Program-made: the position numbers and the translations under genes
The notes under the pieces: model-generated
The model's input: the letters and a program-made list of their open reading frames with translations, nothing else
Told to the model about the DNA's origin: nothing
Databases searched by the model: none
Part shown: positions 10,684 to 20,560 of the stretch, piece after piece
Numbering within the stretch: the stretch's first letter is position 1
Layout of the letters: each line of letters opens with the position of its first letter
Assembly: GCA_965216755.1 (NCBI GenBank)
Contig: CBDCGL010000011.1
Coordinates: 4,064,001 to 4,128,000, forward strand
Length of the DNA stretch: 64,000 nt
DNA from: Alphaproteobacteria bacterium
Lineage (GTDB): Bacteria; Pseudomonadota; Alphaproteobacteria; UBA7887
Direction of reading: 5' to 3'

Positions 10684-10806
10684 GGATTCGGTGGATTCGG
10701 TGACAGTTTACCAAATACACACAATAACGTGCGCAAAACACATAGGTGCGCAAAAAGTAGTGTATTTAGTAAACTGTCACCGAATCCCACCGAATCCACC
10801 GAATCC
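10684..10806. repeat. Palindromic MITE/REPIN-like element with iterated 9-nt termini
   Basis: Left arm 10684-10720 is the reverse complement of the right arm from 10760, with one mismatch and one extra C; GGATTCGGT x2 left, ACCGAATCC x3 right; GTGCGCAAAA twice in the spacer. Confidence 0.9.
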
Positions 10807-11159
10807 TCAACGGAGTGCCGTGACTGCCACGCGTCGCCACGTTTTTTGGGGTTCGGGTATTGTTGCGTCGCGCTTTTGCTTGGTGGCGCGTTTCGACGGC
10901 GGTCAATTGAAGGCGTCGAGCGCTACATCCTAAATTGAATCGGGCGCGGACTCAGTTCCGCAGACTGGCGAAATGGAACGAAAACGGCCCAACGGATGCG
11001 GCGGAGTCGCGCGTGTTCTTGACGCCGGCGCGCGCTTTTGTCGAGAGCCACCAGATCATGAACTTTCTCGTCTCCATCGAACCGTTTTCGCCATGCGGCG
11101 GAGACACTGCGTTCGGCATGCATGCGACTTGCCGATTGAGTCGCTGCCGGCGACCCCGC

Positions 11160-11397
11160 GCATTTCCACGCCGGCAACAACGATATTCAGTTCGGCGGCT
11201 ACCTCCATATGGGTGCCTGCCGCATGGCTTCGAACGACACCGATGGTGTGATCGGCGAAAACCTGACGGTCTTTGGCATCGGCAATTTGTACATCGCCGG
11301 CAGCAGCGTATTTCCGACATACGGACACGCCAACCCGACGCTGACCATCGTCCGGCTGGCGCTACGCTTGGCCACGCATTTGTGCCCGGCCGCATAG
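11160..11397 (+). pseudogene. GMC oxidoreductase C-terminal fragment
   Basis: GGYLHMGACRM...NLYIAGSSVFPTYGHANPTLTIVRLALRLA; no N-terminal FAD-binding part present. Confidence 0.8.
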
Positions 11398-11422
11398 GGC
11401 CGCTGGTCAAATTCAGTCGGTT

Positions 11423-12403
11423 TCAGTCGGCGCGGAAATCGGTTTGGTAAAGTTCGTCAAGCGCTGCGAGCGCCTCGGCGGGAAGCGGGCCCATATCGGC
11501 GGCGGCCAATGCTTCATCGAGATGGCGCAATTCGGCGAGCCCGATGACCACGCAGGCGATATTCGCATTGGCGAGGGCGAAGCGAACAGCGGTTTGTGCG
11601 CGGTTGCCGTAGCGGTCGCCAAGCGCGGCGAACACCGCGCGCGCCTTGCGCGCGTCTTCGGCCAAGGTCGTGTCTTTGGTGATCACCACTTCGCGACCGG
11701 TGAGTTGGTCACCCGCGAGCACGCTGGCCGCGAACACACGAATGTTCATGACGCCCATATCGTGGGCGTGACACGCGGCGATGATGCCGCCGAGATCGTG
11801 GCCGGTCCACGCCGCTGGCATGGCCCGCGCGGCACTCGGATTCAGCATATTGTGATAAACCTGGGCGGTATCGAAACGACCGCTGTCGATCACCGCCCGA
11901 CAGCTGGCCACGGCGCCCAGCGCCGTGATGCCGATATGGCGCGTCAGGCCCTGGTCGCGCATCCGGTCTAGCCCGTCAGCGGCGCCACCGGGACCCAGCA
12001 CATCGCCAACGCTGATCGCATCATGGCCGGTCTCGGCCTCGATGACATTGTGCAATTGCAGCAGATCGACAGAATCGCGTTGGAGCCGCCGCAGGCTCGC
12101 GCTCAGGCTCCGCTCGATCTGTCCGGCAATGTCGCCCATGCGCGTGACATCCAGGCGTACCTTGGTGGCGAGCAATGGTTGATTGTCCACCTCTTTGAGC
12201 AGCCAGCCAAGCGCCGTTTCCGACCTGCCGTCGCCGTAAGAAGGCGCGGTGTCGATGAAATTGATGCCACCGTCAAGCGCGCGGCGAATAGCCTCACGCT
12301 TCGTCGCGTCGTCCTGGTGGATCAGTATGCCGCCAACCCAACCGCCACCCAGGACCAGTTCCGAGACCTCGAAATTGGTGCGGCCCAACCGCCTGCGTCG
12401 CAT
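11423..12403 (-). CDS. Aldo/keto reductase
   Basis: RRLGRTNFEVSEL, GINFIDTAPSYG and SLRRLQRDSVDLLQLH motifs. Confidence 0.93.
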   Translation of the reverse strand: MRRRRLGRTNFEVSELVLGGGWVGGILIHQDDATKREAIRRALDGGINFIDTAPSYGDGRSETALGWLLKEVDNQPLLATKVRLDVTRMGDIAGQIERSLSASLRRLQRDSVDLLQLHNVIEAETGHDAISVGDVLGPGGAADGLDRMRDQGLTRHIGITALGAVASCRAVIDSGRFDTAQVYHNMLNPSAARAMPAAWTGHDLGGIIAACHAHDMGVMNIRVFAASVLAGDQLTGREVVITKDTTLAEDARKARAVFAALGDRYGNRAQTAVRFALANANIACVVIGLAELRHLDEALAAADMGPLPAEALAALDELYQTDFRAD

Positions 12404-12475
12404 TGCGCGCCTCCCTGCCGTACGTCTCGGTGAAAAGCATAACCGTTCTGCGGTAAGACCGGTAGCGACGCCGGC

Positions 12476-14287
12476 TCAACGCTGGCCCCGTTCTTCGGCG
12501 CGCAGTTGTTGTAGGACCTTGTTATAGGCTTCGATCACCGCGCGGTGATAGAGAACGCCGACAAGGCGATCGTCGTTTTGTCGGTCGACGACCGGCAAAT
12601 GCTGGTGTTCGGTACCGCCGAAGTGGGCCAGCGCGCGGTCCAGATCGTCGCTGATGTCAAGCACGGCGTCCACCGTTGCGCGCAAGTCTTTTGCGGTCAG
12701 ATCGGCGGATGCCGCCGGATCGAACAAGGCGCCGCGCATGGACCGAAACAGCAACACGCCCTGCAGCCGATTGTCCGAGTCGATGACATAGAAGTCGGTC
12801 TGCGGTGCGGTCCGAACCAGATCGCGAATTTGCTTGAGCGAGGCTGATTCATCGAGGGCATGAAACTGATCGCTAACCAGCGTGCCTATTGGAATTGAAC
12901 GACAGATGGCGCGCTCCTGACCGCGTGCCAGATCGACGCCCCGTCGTGCCAGCTGCCACGTGAAAAAAGAGTGATACAATGTTTGTCGAACAATTAATGA
13001 CGACACGGTCACGGCGGCCATGACGGCAATTGTCAACGTGTAGTCGCCGGTTAGCTCGAATATGATCAGGATCGTCGATATCGGCGCCCCCAAAACCGCG
13101 CCTGCCACTGCGCCCATACCGACGATGCTGTAGCTGTTCACGCTGACTCCGGTCTCGGGCACGATCGCCGCGGCGACCAGCCCGAAGGCGGCGCCGGTGA
13201 GCGCACCGATGCACAACGAAGGTGAAAACACACCGCCACCAAAGCCGGAGCCGAGGCTGATGCATGTGGCCGCGGTTTTTGCGATCACCAATCCAACCAA
13301 CAGCCATAAGCCGTAGCCGCCGCTGAGCGCCTGGTCGGTTGTCTCGTAGCCGACGCCAATCACCTCGGGTACAAAAGCCGCGATGGCGCCGACCAATAAG
13401 CCGCCGGCGGCCGGGTAAAAATAGGCCGGCACACGCACGCGTTTGACGGTCTCGCCCACCAATACGATACCCGCCATCATGCTGGCGGCGACCGCCGCGC
13501 ACAGCACGCCGAGCAAGAAATAGGCGGGCAATTCAGCAAATGTCACGATTTCGGCGCCCGGAACGATGAACGCCGGGAAATTGCCCAGATGGATGCGGGC
13601 GACGATGGTACCGATGACGCCGGCGATGACCACCGGCGCGAAGGTGCCAAGTGCGTAATGGCCGACCACGACCTCGAGTGCGAAAAACACGCCGGCAATG
13701 GGCGCGTTGAATGATGCCGCAACGCCACTGGCCACACCGCATCCGACCAGCGTAAGCGTATGGGCGCGGCCCAATCCAAGCCGACCCGCAACGCTGCTGG
13801 CCATGGTTGCTGCCAGATGGACAACCGGGCCTTCGCGACCGACAGAGGCGCCCGCGCCGATCGATGTCGCGCTGACCGCCGCGGCCGCGATGCCGTCGCG
13901 CAGGCGCATGCGGCCGTTCTTAATCGCGCAGGCTTCGATGACTTCGGCGACGCCTTGCGGGCGCTGCTCGGGCAAAAGGCGATAGACCGCGATACCAATC
14001 AGCAAACCGCCGGCGGCCGGCGCCAGCAGGCGGTGCCACCAGGCCAGGTCTTGGGCCATGGCAATGACCATCTCGGAACCGGAGCCGTAGAAAAAATACT
14101 GGGTGGCGTCAATGGCCAGCCGAAACCCAATCGCACCATAAGCAGCAATGGCACCGATCAATAGGGCCAAGACCGACAGCGCCCATTGATCGTGGCGAAC
14201 GAACTGCTGCCAGGCGTGGGCGATCGGTTTGTTGGGGCGGGGCGCCGCGGGCGGCGGACTCTTGGGTGGCGCCGCGCCCGCCATCAA
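12476..14287 (-). CDS. ClC family chloride channel/antiporter with CBS domains
   Basis: GASVGREGP, FNAPIAG and GGVFSP motifs; C-terminal CBS pair. Confidence 0.93.
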   Translation of the reverse strand: MMAGAAPPKSPPPAAPRPNKPIAHAWQQFVRHDQWALSVLALLIGAIAAYGAIGFRLAIDATQYFFYGSGSEMVIAMAQDLAWWHRLLAPAAGGLLIGIAVYRLLPEQRPQGVAEVIEACAIKNGRMRLRDGIAAAAVSATSIGAGASVGREGPVVHLAATMASSVAGRLGLGRAHTLTLVGCGVASGVAASFNAPIAGVFFALEVVVGHYALGTFAPVVIAGVIGTIVARIHLGNFPAFIVPGAEIVTFAELPAYFLLGVLCAAVAASMMAGIVLVGETVKRVRVPAYFYPAAGGLLVGAIAAFVPEVIGVGYETTDQALSGGYGLWLLVGLVIAKTAATCISLGSGFGGGVFSPSLCIGALTGAAFGLVAAAIVPETGVSVNSYSIVGMGAVAGAVLGAPISTILIIFELTGDYTLTIAVMAAVTVSSLIVRQTLYHSFFTWQLARRGVDLARGQERAICRSIPIGTLVSDQFHALDESASLKQIRDLVRTAPQTDFYVIDSDNRLQGVLLFRSMRGALFDPAASADLTAKDLRATVDAVLDISDDLDRALAHFGGTEHQHLPVVDRQNDDRLVGVLYHRAVIEAYNKVLQQLRAEERGQR

Positions 14288-14302
14288 GCCCTACCGGGAC
14301 GA

Positions 14303-14755
14303 TCAGTCCGCGGATGTCTTGGCGGACTCGTCATCCGATTTTATTTGGTCGCCAGCAGCGGTCGAGTTGGGTGTGCCCTTGGGCTTGGTTGCGCGCGTGC
14401 GCCGCTTGGTCGTGCTGCGCGCGGCTTTCGCACGCGGCTTGGCGGGTTTCTTTTCGGGCGGCAATGGCGAAAATGGGAATGGCACCACATCGCTGGCATA
14501 GCTGACAAACGCCACAATTTGCCCAAAAAACGCGTTCGCCCGCTTGGCGAAGGCGTGCACATTGGCGTTCAGCTCGCCACTGATCCAATGGAGTATGAAC
14601 TGGACGACAGCGATCGCCGCGATGATCCACAGCGTCAAATCCGCGACGATGACAAAAATCACCATGAACAGCAGCCGCATCCAGCGCGACTCGCGATCGA
14701 TGGTCATGGCGCCGCTCGGCGCCTTGGTGGACTCATTGGAATTTGTGTCGGTCAT
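14303..14755 (-). CDS. DUF4389-like membrane protein
   Basis: WMRLLFM...QF...GELN...PFPFS pattern with Lys/Arg-rich tail. Confidence 0.75.
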   Translation of the reverse strand: MTDTNSNESTKAPSGAMTIDRESRWMRLLFMVIFVIVADLTLWIIAAIAVVQFILHWISGELNANVHAFAKRANAFFGQIVAFVSYASDVVPFPFSPLPPEKKPAKPRAKAARSTTKRRTRATKPKGTPNSTAAGDQIKSDDESAKTSAD

Positions 14756-14924
14756 GGCCTTGCCCCCGCGACGCGGCCCGTGCGCGTGAAACCAATTTTG
14801 GACGGTAACCAGTTAAAGAGAATGGGGGCGTTGGCGGTCGGTTGCAAGCCGGTGGCAATTGTGCATCCGCGAAAATTCGCGGTTGCTTGCCCTCCAGGGG
14901 TTGAGGATGCGGGGTAGCGCGCCG

Positions 14925-15152
14925 CTAGACGATGATGTCGAGGAGCGCGTCGCTCATTTCGTCGGCAGTGCGGGCGACGGCGACATTGGCCTTGAAGGCG
15001 ACCTTTTGCAGCGTCAGGTCGACCAAGTTGCGGTCGAGCCCATCGATGCCGTTTTCGGCCACGGATTGGGCGATCCGGGCCGTTTCTTGGCCCGCTCTGT
15101 TCATGCCCTGGACCGCGTTGGTCAGGGCGCCGTGAATACCGGAAACTGCCAT
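14925..15152 (-). CDS. Small protein resembling the flagellar basal-body rod C-terminal domain
   Basis: AFKANVAVARTADEMSDALLDI C-terminus. Confidence 0.7.
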   Translation of the reverse strand: MAVSGIHGALTNAVQGMNRAGQETARIAQSVAENGIDGLDRNLVDLTLQKVAFKANVAVARTADEMSDALLDIIV

Positions 15153-15219
15153 AATCGGTGCGCGCTCCTTTACCGGCACCCGTTTTACCGGATCGCGCTG
15201 CCGGCCACCGTGACGGCGG

Positions 15220-15753
15220 TCACGAGGCGCTGCGCTTTTGCGGAGTCAGGCCCATTTTCCTACTCAAATCGCGTGGTCGCGGCAGCTGTTCGTGGGCCGC
15301 TTTGATGCGCGCCAACCGCGCCAAAACCAGAGCCGGCATCGGCGCGGATCGCCGGCTCTCGGCGCCGACGTGAAGCAAAACCGCTTCCTTGGTTGCCGCC
15401 AAATAGCCTTGGTCAGCATGGTACATTTGATGAGCGTAATGGATACGTTTCTCATCAAAATCGAGAATATAACTATGAAAAACCATCGGATCGTCGCACA
15501 ACAGCTCGCGGCTATAGGTGACGTGGGCTTCGACGATAAAAATCATTCCGCCGCCGCGCGCAACATGGTCGTTGCCCAGGTCGATATGGTCGACCAAAGC
15601 GTCGGTGGCGTGGTCGAACGCGAGCACGTAATAGGCCACGTTCATGTGCCGATTGACATCGATCCAATCCCGGTGGACGCGTTCGCGGTGGAGTTTGAGG
15701 GGCGCCCCGACGGGATCGTCCGGGCCAAGGATGGCGATTGTGCTTTGCGTCAT
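15220..15753 (-). CDS. Acyl-CoA thioesterase (4HBT-like)
   Basis: WIDVNRHMNVAYY and EAHVTYSREL motifs. Confidence 0.88.
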   Translation of the reverse strand: MTQSTIAILGPDDPVGAPLKLHRERVHRDWIDVNRHMNVAYYVLAFDHATDALVDHIDLGNDHVARGGGMIFIVEAHVTYSRELLCDDPMVFHSYILDFDEKRIHYAHQMYHADQGYLAATKEAVLLHVGAESRRSAPMPALVLARLARIKAAHEQLPRPRDLSRKMGLTPQKRSAS

Positions 15754-15863
15754 GGGCCGGCATCATAACGGGCCGGTGCCTGAAGTCAGCTGCTTTGAGA
15801 AATCGGACTGCCCGGTGCACGGCCAACGGTCCGCCGCAAGCCCAGCAAATTGGAGCCCATATC

Positions 15864-17270
15864 ATGCCACATGCCGCGCCCGAACGGCGGTCACGCCTGG
15901 ATCCGGAAAGTCCCCTGATCGGCGAACTGAGAGCTCTGTTGGGCGATCGCCTTTCGACCTCGGCGGCCATTCGCGAACATCATGGCAAGGACGAGTCCTT
16001 TCACAAGCCCTTCAGCCCCGACGCGGTCGCCTTTGCGCGCGCGACCGACGAAGTCAGCGCCATCGTCAAATTGTGTGCAAAATTCGGCGTGCCCGTCATT
16101 CCTTACGGCACGGGCACGTCACTGGAAGGTCATGTCGCCGCGCTTCATGGTGGCATCTCGATTGACGTCAGCCAAATGACCGAAGTCTTGGCGGTTAATC
16201 CGGAGGATTTGGACTGCACGGTGCAAGCCGGCGTGACCCGCAAGCAATTGAACGAATATTTGCGCGACACGGGCCTGTTCTTTCCGGTTGATCCCGGTGC
16301 CGATGCCTCGATTGGGGGCATGACGGCCACCCGCGCCAGCGGCACCAACGCGGTCCGCTACGGCACCATGCGCGAGAATGTTCTGTCGTTAACTGTCGTG
16401 ATGGCCGATGGGCGCGTAATCCGAACCGCGCGCCGCAGTCGAAAATCGGCGGCGGGCTATGATTTAACGCGGCTTTTCGTCGGCTCCGAGGGCACGCTGG
16501 GTGTGATCACCGAGATTACGTTGCGCCTTTATGGGATTCCCGAGGCGATCAGTTCCGCCGTATGTTCCTATCCGTCCATTGACGATGCCGTCAATTGCGT
16601 GATCGCCACCATACAGATGGGCATTCCGGTCGCGCGGATAGAGTTGCTCGATGCCATTTCAATGGATGGCATCAATAAGTTCTCCAAAATGGACCATCAG
16701 GTCGCACCGACCCTGTTCTTTGAATTTCACGGCTCGGTAGCGGGCGTTGAGGAACAGTCGGAAACCGTACAAGCGCTGTCTCAAGAATTTGGCGGCGGCG
16801 ACTTTGCTTGGGCGACCCTGCCCGAGGACCGCACGCGGTTGTGGCAAGCCCGCCACGACGTCTACTATGCCATGATGGCCATTCGACCAGGCAGCAAGGG
16901 CATGGTAACCGATGTCTGTGTGCCGATTTCCCGGTTGGCCGAATGCATTCGCGAGACCGAGGCGGACAACGCCAAAGCATCATTCCCGGCGCCGATCGCC
17001 GGCCACGTCGGCGATGGAAATTTTCACGTTGGCTATTTGATCGACCCGGACAGCGAGAATGAAATTGCCGAGGCCGCGGCGCTGCACGACCGGTTGGTTG
17101 CCAGGGCACTCGCCATGGACGGCACCTGCACCGGCGAACATGGTGTTGGCTATGGCAAGATCGATTTCCTCATTGCCGAGTTCGGCGAGGGCGTCAGTGT
17201 CATGCGGGCGATCAAGCAGGCGCTCGACCCCGACAACATCATGAATCCCGGCAAGATCGTCAGGCTATAA
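15864..17270 (+). CDS. FAD-linked oxidase, D-lactate dehydrogenase (cytochrome)-like
   Basis: GTGTSLEGH, DPGADASIGG, GSEGTLG, GHVGDGNFH and GEHGVG motifs. Confidence 0.93.
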   Translation: MPHAAPERRSRLDPESPLIGELRALLGDRLSTSAAIREHHGKDESFHKPFSPDAVAFARATDEVSAIVKLCAKFGVPVIPYGTGTSLEGHVAALHGGISIDVSQMTEVLAVNPEDLDCTVQAGVTRKQLNEYLRDTGLFFPVDPGADASIGGMTATRASGTNAVRYGTMRENVLSLTVVMADGRVIRTARRSRKSAAGYDLTRLFVGSEGTLGVITEITLRLYGIPEAISSAVCSYPSIDDAVNCVIATIQMGIPVARIELLDAISMDGINKFSKMDHQVAPTLFFEFHGSVAGVEEQSETVQALSQEFGGGDFAWATLPEDRTRLWQARHDVYYAMMAIRPGSKGMVTDVCVPISRLAECIRETEADNAKASFPAPIAGHVGDGNFHVGYLIDPDSENEIAEAAALHDRLVARALAMDGTCTGEHGVGYGKIDFLIAEFGEGVSVMRAIKQALDPDNIMNPGKIVRL

Positions 17271-18059
17271 GGTCGCTCGCTCTCTGGACAAGTCGACGTA
17301 GGCATGCCACGTCGCGTAGCCGATCAAGGGTAGTGTGATAATTAATCCGACGAAAAACGTCACTAAACCAACAACGGTAAATACCACGATCAGCCCGGCC
17401 CACAGCACCATGGGCTGAACGTTGGCGCGCAGTGTTTGCACGCTGTTGGCGATAGCGGAGAACGCCGGCGTGCCGCGATCCAGTATCAATGGCAAAGAAA
17501 TGGCACCGACCGCAAAAACGATAGTCGCGAAAAGCGCACCAGCAGCCGTGCCCACGACCAACAGCGCGATCGTCTGGAACGACCAGAACGTATCAAGCTG
17601 AAAACTGTCGGTCGAAATCGCCAGGCTGCCGAACATCAGGGCGAATATCAGCGTGCCAACACGTAACCACACGAGCAAAAACAGCATCAAAATCATCGCG
17701 ACGATGCCGATTTGCGTCCCGTGACGACGCCAGGCAAAGAGCGCCAAGGACAATGAAACCGGTTCACCTTGTGCGAGACTGCGGCTGACATCGTACAGGC
17801 CGACAGCCAGAAATGGCCCGATTAACAAAAAACCGGCCAGCAGTGGCAGAAACAAATAGCCCCAGCCCTGCCTGAACAAAACCACTGTGAGTAGCACGCT
17901 GATCACGGAATACATGGCGCCATAGGTGACGCTGACGGTCGGCGCGCGCCGATAGTCTTGCCAGCCCTTGGCGAGCCATTCCCACGGACTATCGAGCGTG
18001 GCACGCGGCGTCGGAAGAGGTTCCGTTGTCCCAACGGAACCGGCTGAAGCGGCAACCAT
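17265..18059 (-). CDS. DUF2189 family integral membrane protein
   Basis: PWEWLAKGWQD, GFLLIGPFLAVGLYDVSR and PLIGYATWHAY motifs. Confidence 0.85.
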   Translation of the reverse strand: MVAASAGSVGTTEPLPTPRATLDSPWEWLAKGWQDYRRAPTVSVTYGAMYSVISVLLTVVLFRQGWGYLFLPLLAGFLLIGPFLAVGLYDVSRSLAQGEPVSLSLALFAWRRHGTQIGIVAMILMLFLLVWLRVGTLIFALMFGSLAISTDSFQLDTFWSFQTIALLVVGTAAGALFATIVFAVGAISLPLILDRGTPAFSAIANSVQTLRANVQPMVLWAGLIVVFTVVGLVTFFVGLIITLPLIGYATWHAYVDLSRERATL

Positions 18060-18173
18060 GTCTACACTCCCGTATTTGACGCGTACAACCGCACGACCCA
18101 GATGCTTGATCAGGTCTTCTTCAATCGATCAATTGGGCTCAATGCGAACCAGTCTGCCCATACCGAAATCAAA

Positions 18174-19835
18174 CTATCCGATGGGACACACCAGGCCGCC
18201 CAAACGCTCGCTCAATTTTACGTTCTCACCATAGTCGACTGGCACCGCGATCAAAGCCGGACCTGTTTGTTTGAAAGCTTGTTCCAGGGCATCCGGAATT
18301 TGTCCGACGCCATCGATCGTTCGCCCCCAAATACCGAACGCTTTTGCGAGCACATCGAAATCCGGATTTGTGAACGCCAATGGCGAATGACGACCCTCGA
18401 ATTGGTTCTGCTGTTTCCATTTGATCAAGCCATATTCGCGATCGACCCACACCATGACCACAATGTTGAGCGAAAGCCTGGCCGCGGTTTCCAGTTCCTG
18501 CACATTCATGAGAAAACCGCCGTCGCCGCACAGCGCCAAGACCCGCCGCTCAGGGAACGCCATTTTGGCACCTATGGCGCCTGGCAAAGCGAAGCCCATC
18601 GAAGCAAATCCATTTGATATCAAACAGGTGTTTGGCATGTCGCATTGGTAATAGCGGGCCACCCACATCTTGTGGGCGCCGACATCGGATAGCAAAATGT
18701 CGTTGGGGCCCATCGCCCGACGAACGTCGTAGATGATTTTCTGCGGCTTGATCGGAAATGAATCGTCGTGCATTTCGGCATCGAAATCGGCGCGCATCGC
18801 ATCGCGTAGGGGGCCGTGAATGTCGATGTCGAACAAGGGCAGGCGGTCGCCATGATCGCGCTCTAAGGCCGTGTTGATTTGCCACAGCGCATCGGCAATG
18901 TCGGCGACGACCTCAACCGCGACCGGGTAGGCTTCATCAATTTCAGCAGGCGTGAAATCGATGTGGATCACCGGCTTGTGCGACTGGCGATTCCAATAGG
19001 ACGGGCCATACTCAACAATATCGTAGCCGACCGCGATCACCAGATCGGCGTCGTCGATCGCCAGGTTAACCAGATCGCCGCTTTGCAGGCCGATCGTATA
19101 CAAGCAATGCGGATCGTTGCGGGGCACCGCACCTTTGCCCATGAAAGTGTTCACGACCCCGATGCCGGTGCGTTTTGCCAAACGCTGCAACTGGTGCGCG
19201 GCGCGTTTTCGGATCGCGCCGTTGCCGGCCAGGATGATCGGCTTCGTGGCGTTTGTGATCGCCTTGACAGCCTGCTCAACCACCTTGTGATCGGCGGCCG
19301 CCCGTCGGGTGCGCGAGACCGGCAGCGGTTGCAATGAAACCTCTGCTTCGGCGAGGTCTTCGGGCAACTCGACCAAGACCGCGCCCGGCTTTTCGGCTTC
19401 GGCCAATTTGAACGCCTTGCGCACGATCTCTGGGATGGCGCCCGGGTGTCGGACCGATTGTGCCCATTTCGTGATCGGATCGAACATCGCCACCACGTCC
19501 ATATGTTGGTGGCTTTCTTTATGTGTGCGAAACGTTCCGGCTTGACCCGTAATGGCAACAACCGGCGCGCGGTCCATATTGGCATCGGCGATGCCAGTCA
19601 CCAGGTTCGTCGCCCCCGGTCCCAACGTGGCGAGGCAGACGCCAGCCTTGCCGGTCAGCCGGCCATAGGCGTCGGCAATAAACGCTGCGCCCTGTTCGTG
19701 GCGACACAGGACAAATGTGATCGGGCTGTCCTCCAACGACATCATGAGATCGGCGTTTTCTTCGCCCGGGACGCCGAAAATATGTGTGACGCCTTCGGCT
19801 TCAAGCGCGCGAACAAAAAGATCGGAGGCTTTCAT
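18174..19835 (-). CDS. Acetolactate synthase large subunit-like ThDP enzyme (second copy, no small subunit)
   Basis: IFGVPGEEN, RHEQGAAF, TLGPGATN, DVGAHKMW and GDGGFLMN motifs. Confidence 0.92.
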   Translation of the reverse strand: MKASDLFVRALEAEGVTHIFGVPGEENADLMMSLEDSPITFVLCRHEQGAAFIADAYGRLTGKAGVCLATLGPGATNLVTGIADANMDRAPVVAITGQAGTFRTHKESHQHMDVVAMFDPITKWAQSVRHPGAIPEIVRKAFKLAEAEKPGAVLVELPEDLAEAEVSLQPLPVSRTRRAAADHKVVEQAVKAITNATKPIILAGNGAIRKRAAHQLQRLAKRTGIGVVNTFMGKGAVPRNDPHCLYTIGLQSGDLVNLAIDDADLVIAVGYDIVEYGPSYWNRQSHKPVIHIDFTPAEIDEAYPVAVEVVADIADALWQINTALERDHGDRLPLFDIDIHGPLRDAMRADFDAEMHDDSFPIKPQKIIYDVRRAMGPNDILLSDVGAHKMWVARYYQCDMPNTCLISNGFASMGFALPGAIGAKMAFPERRVLALCGDGGFLMNVQELETAARLSLNIVVMVWVDREYGLIKWKQQNQFEGRHSPLAFTNPDFDVLAKAFGIWGRTIDGVGQIPDALEQAFKQTGPALIAVPVDYGENVKLSERLGGLVCPIG

Positions 19836-20116
19836 GCGACCCTCCGAACACGCCGCGCGCGTGGTTTGACAGCGACCGCGATAAATCGTTCATCTGGGCA
19901 AGACATCGTCATGCAATTGTTTGTATAAGGGGGGCGACGGTCGGGCCCGTTATCGGCCGCGGGGTTGGGGGCATAGGCCGGCCATTGAGCGCTCTTGGGC
20001 GTACGCGGGTGGATGGCGATGTTTCGGAGGGCCATTTGCGCAGGCACATAGGATGGCAGTGATACGCAAGGTTGTGGCCGCGCGACCCGTAGTCGGTCGC
20101 CGAGACGCGCGAGACC

Positions 20117-20335
20117 CTAGCCGACGTCGGTTGGGCCATCGAGGGTTGTGCTTCCATCCCGCGCAGGCCGCCGCTTGCCGTCAAGCTCGGCCCTGGCGCG
20201 TTCCAACTCTTGCGCGGTTTGATTGCGCTCGGCTTTGGTGCGGCCGTGACGTATCCGGCTTTGCGACGCGCCTTGGGCCTTGCGCCCTTTTTCACACCGC
20301 TTGCGATAGTCATTGAGATTGACCACATCTGCCAT
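20117..20335 (-). CDS. DUF4169 family small basic protein
   Basis: MADVVNLNDYRK...HGRTKAER pattern. Confidence 0.8.
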   Translation of the reverse strand: MADVVNLNDYRKRCEKGRKAQGASQSRIRHGRTKAERNQTAQELERARAELDGKRRPARDGSTTLDGPTDVG

Positions 20336-20560
20336 GATTGGTTCCACGTTGAGTGCTATTTGCGGCCGGTCGCGTCGACTGTCGCTGGTGCCGCCCGCGT
20401 TCGACAACGGCATTTGCCAGGGTAGATTAGCCGAACTGGCGCGGTGTGCAACTGGGACCAAGCGTGCAACCGGCGCCAAGCGAACGGCGGGGCGACTGTC
20501 TCAGTCTAAGCGCTCGGTCGGGAATGGGCCGCTTGTCGTTCTTTTGCCAGGAAAAACGCT

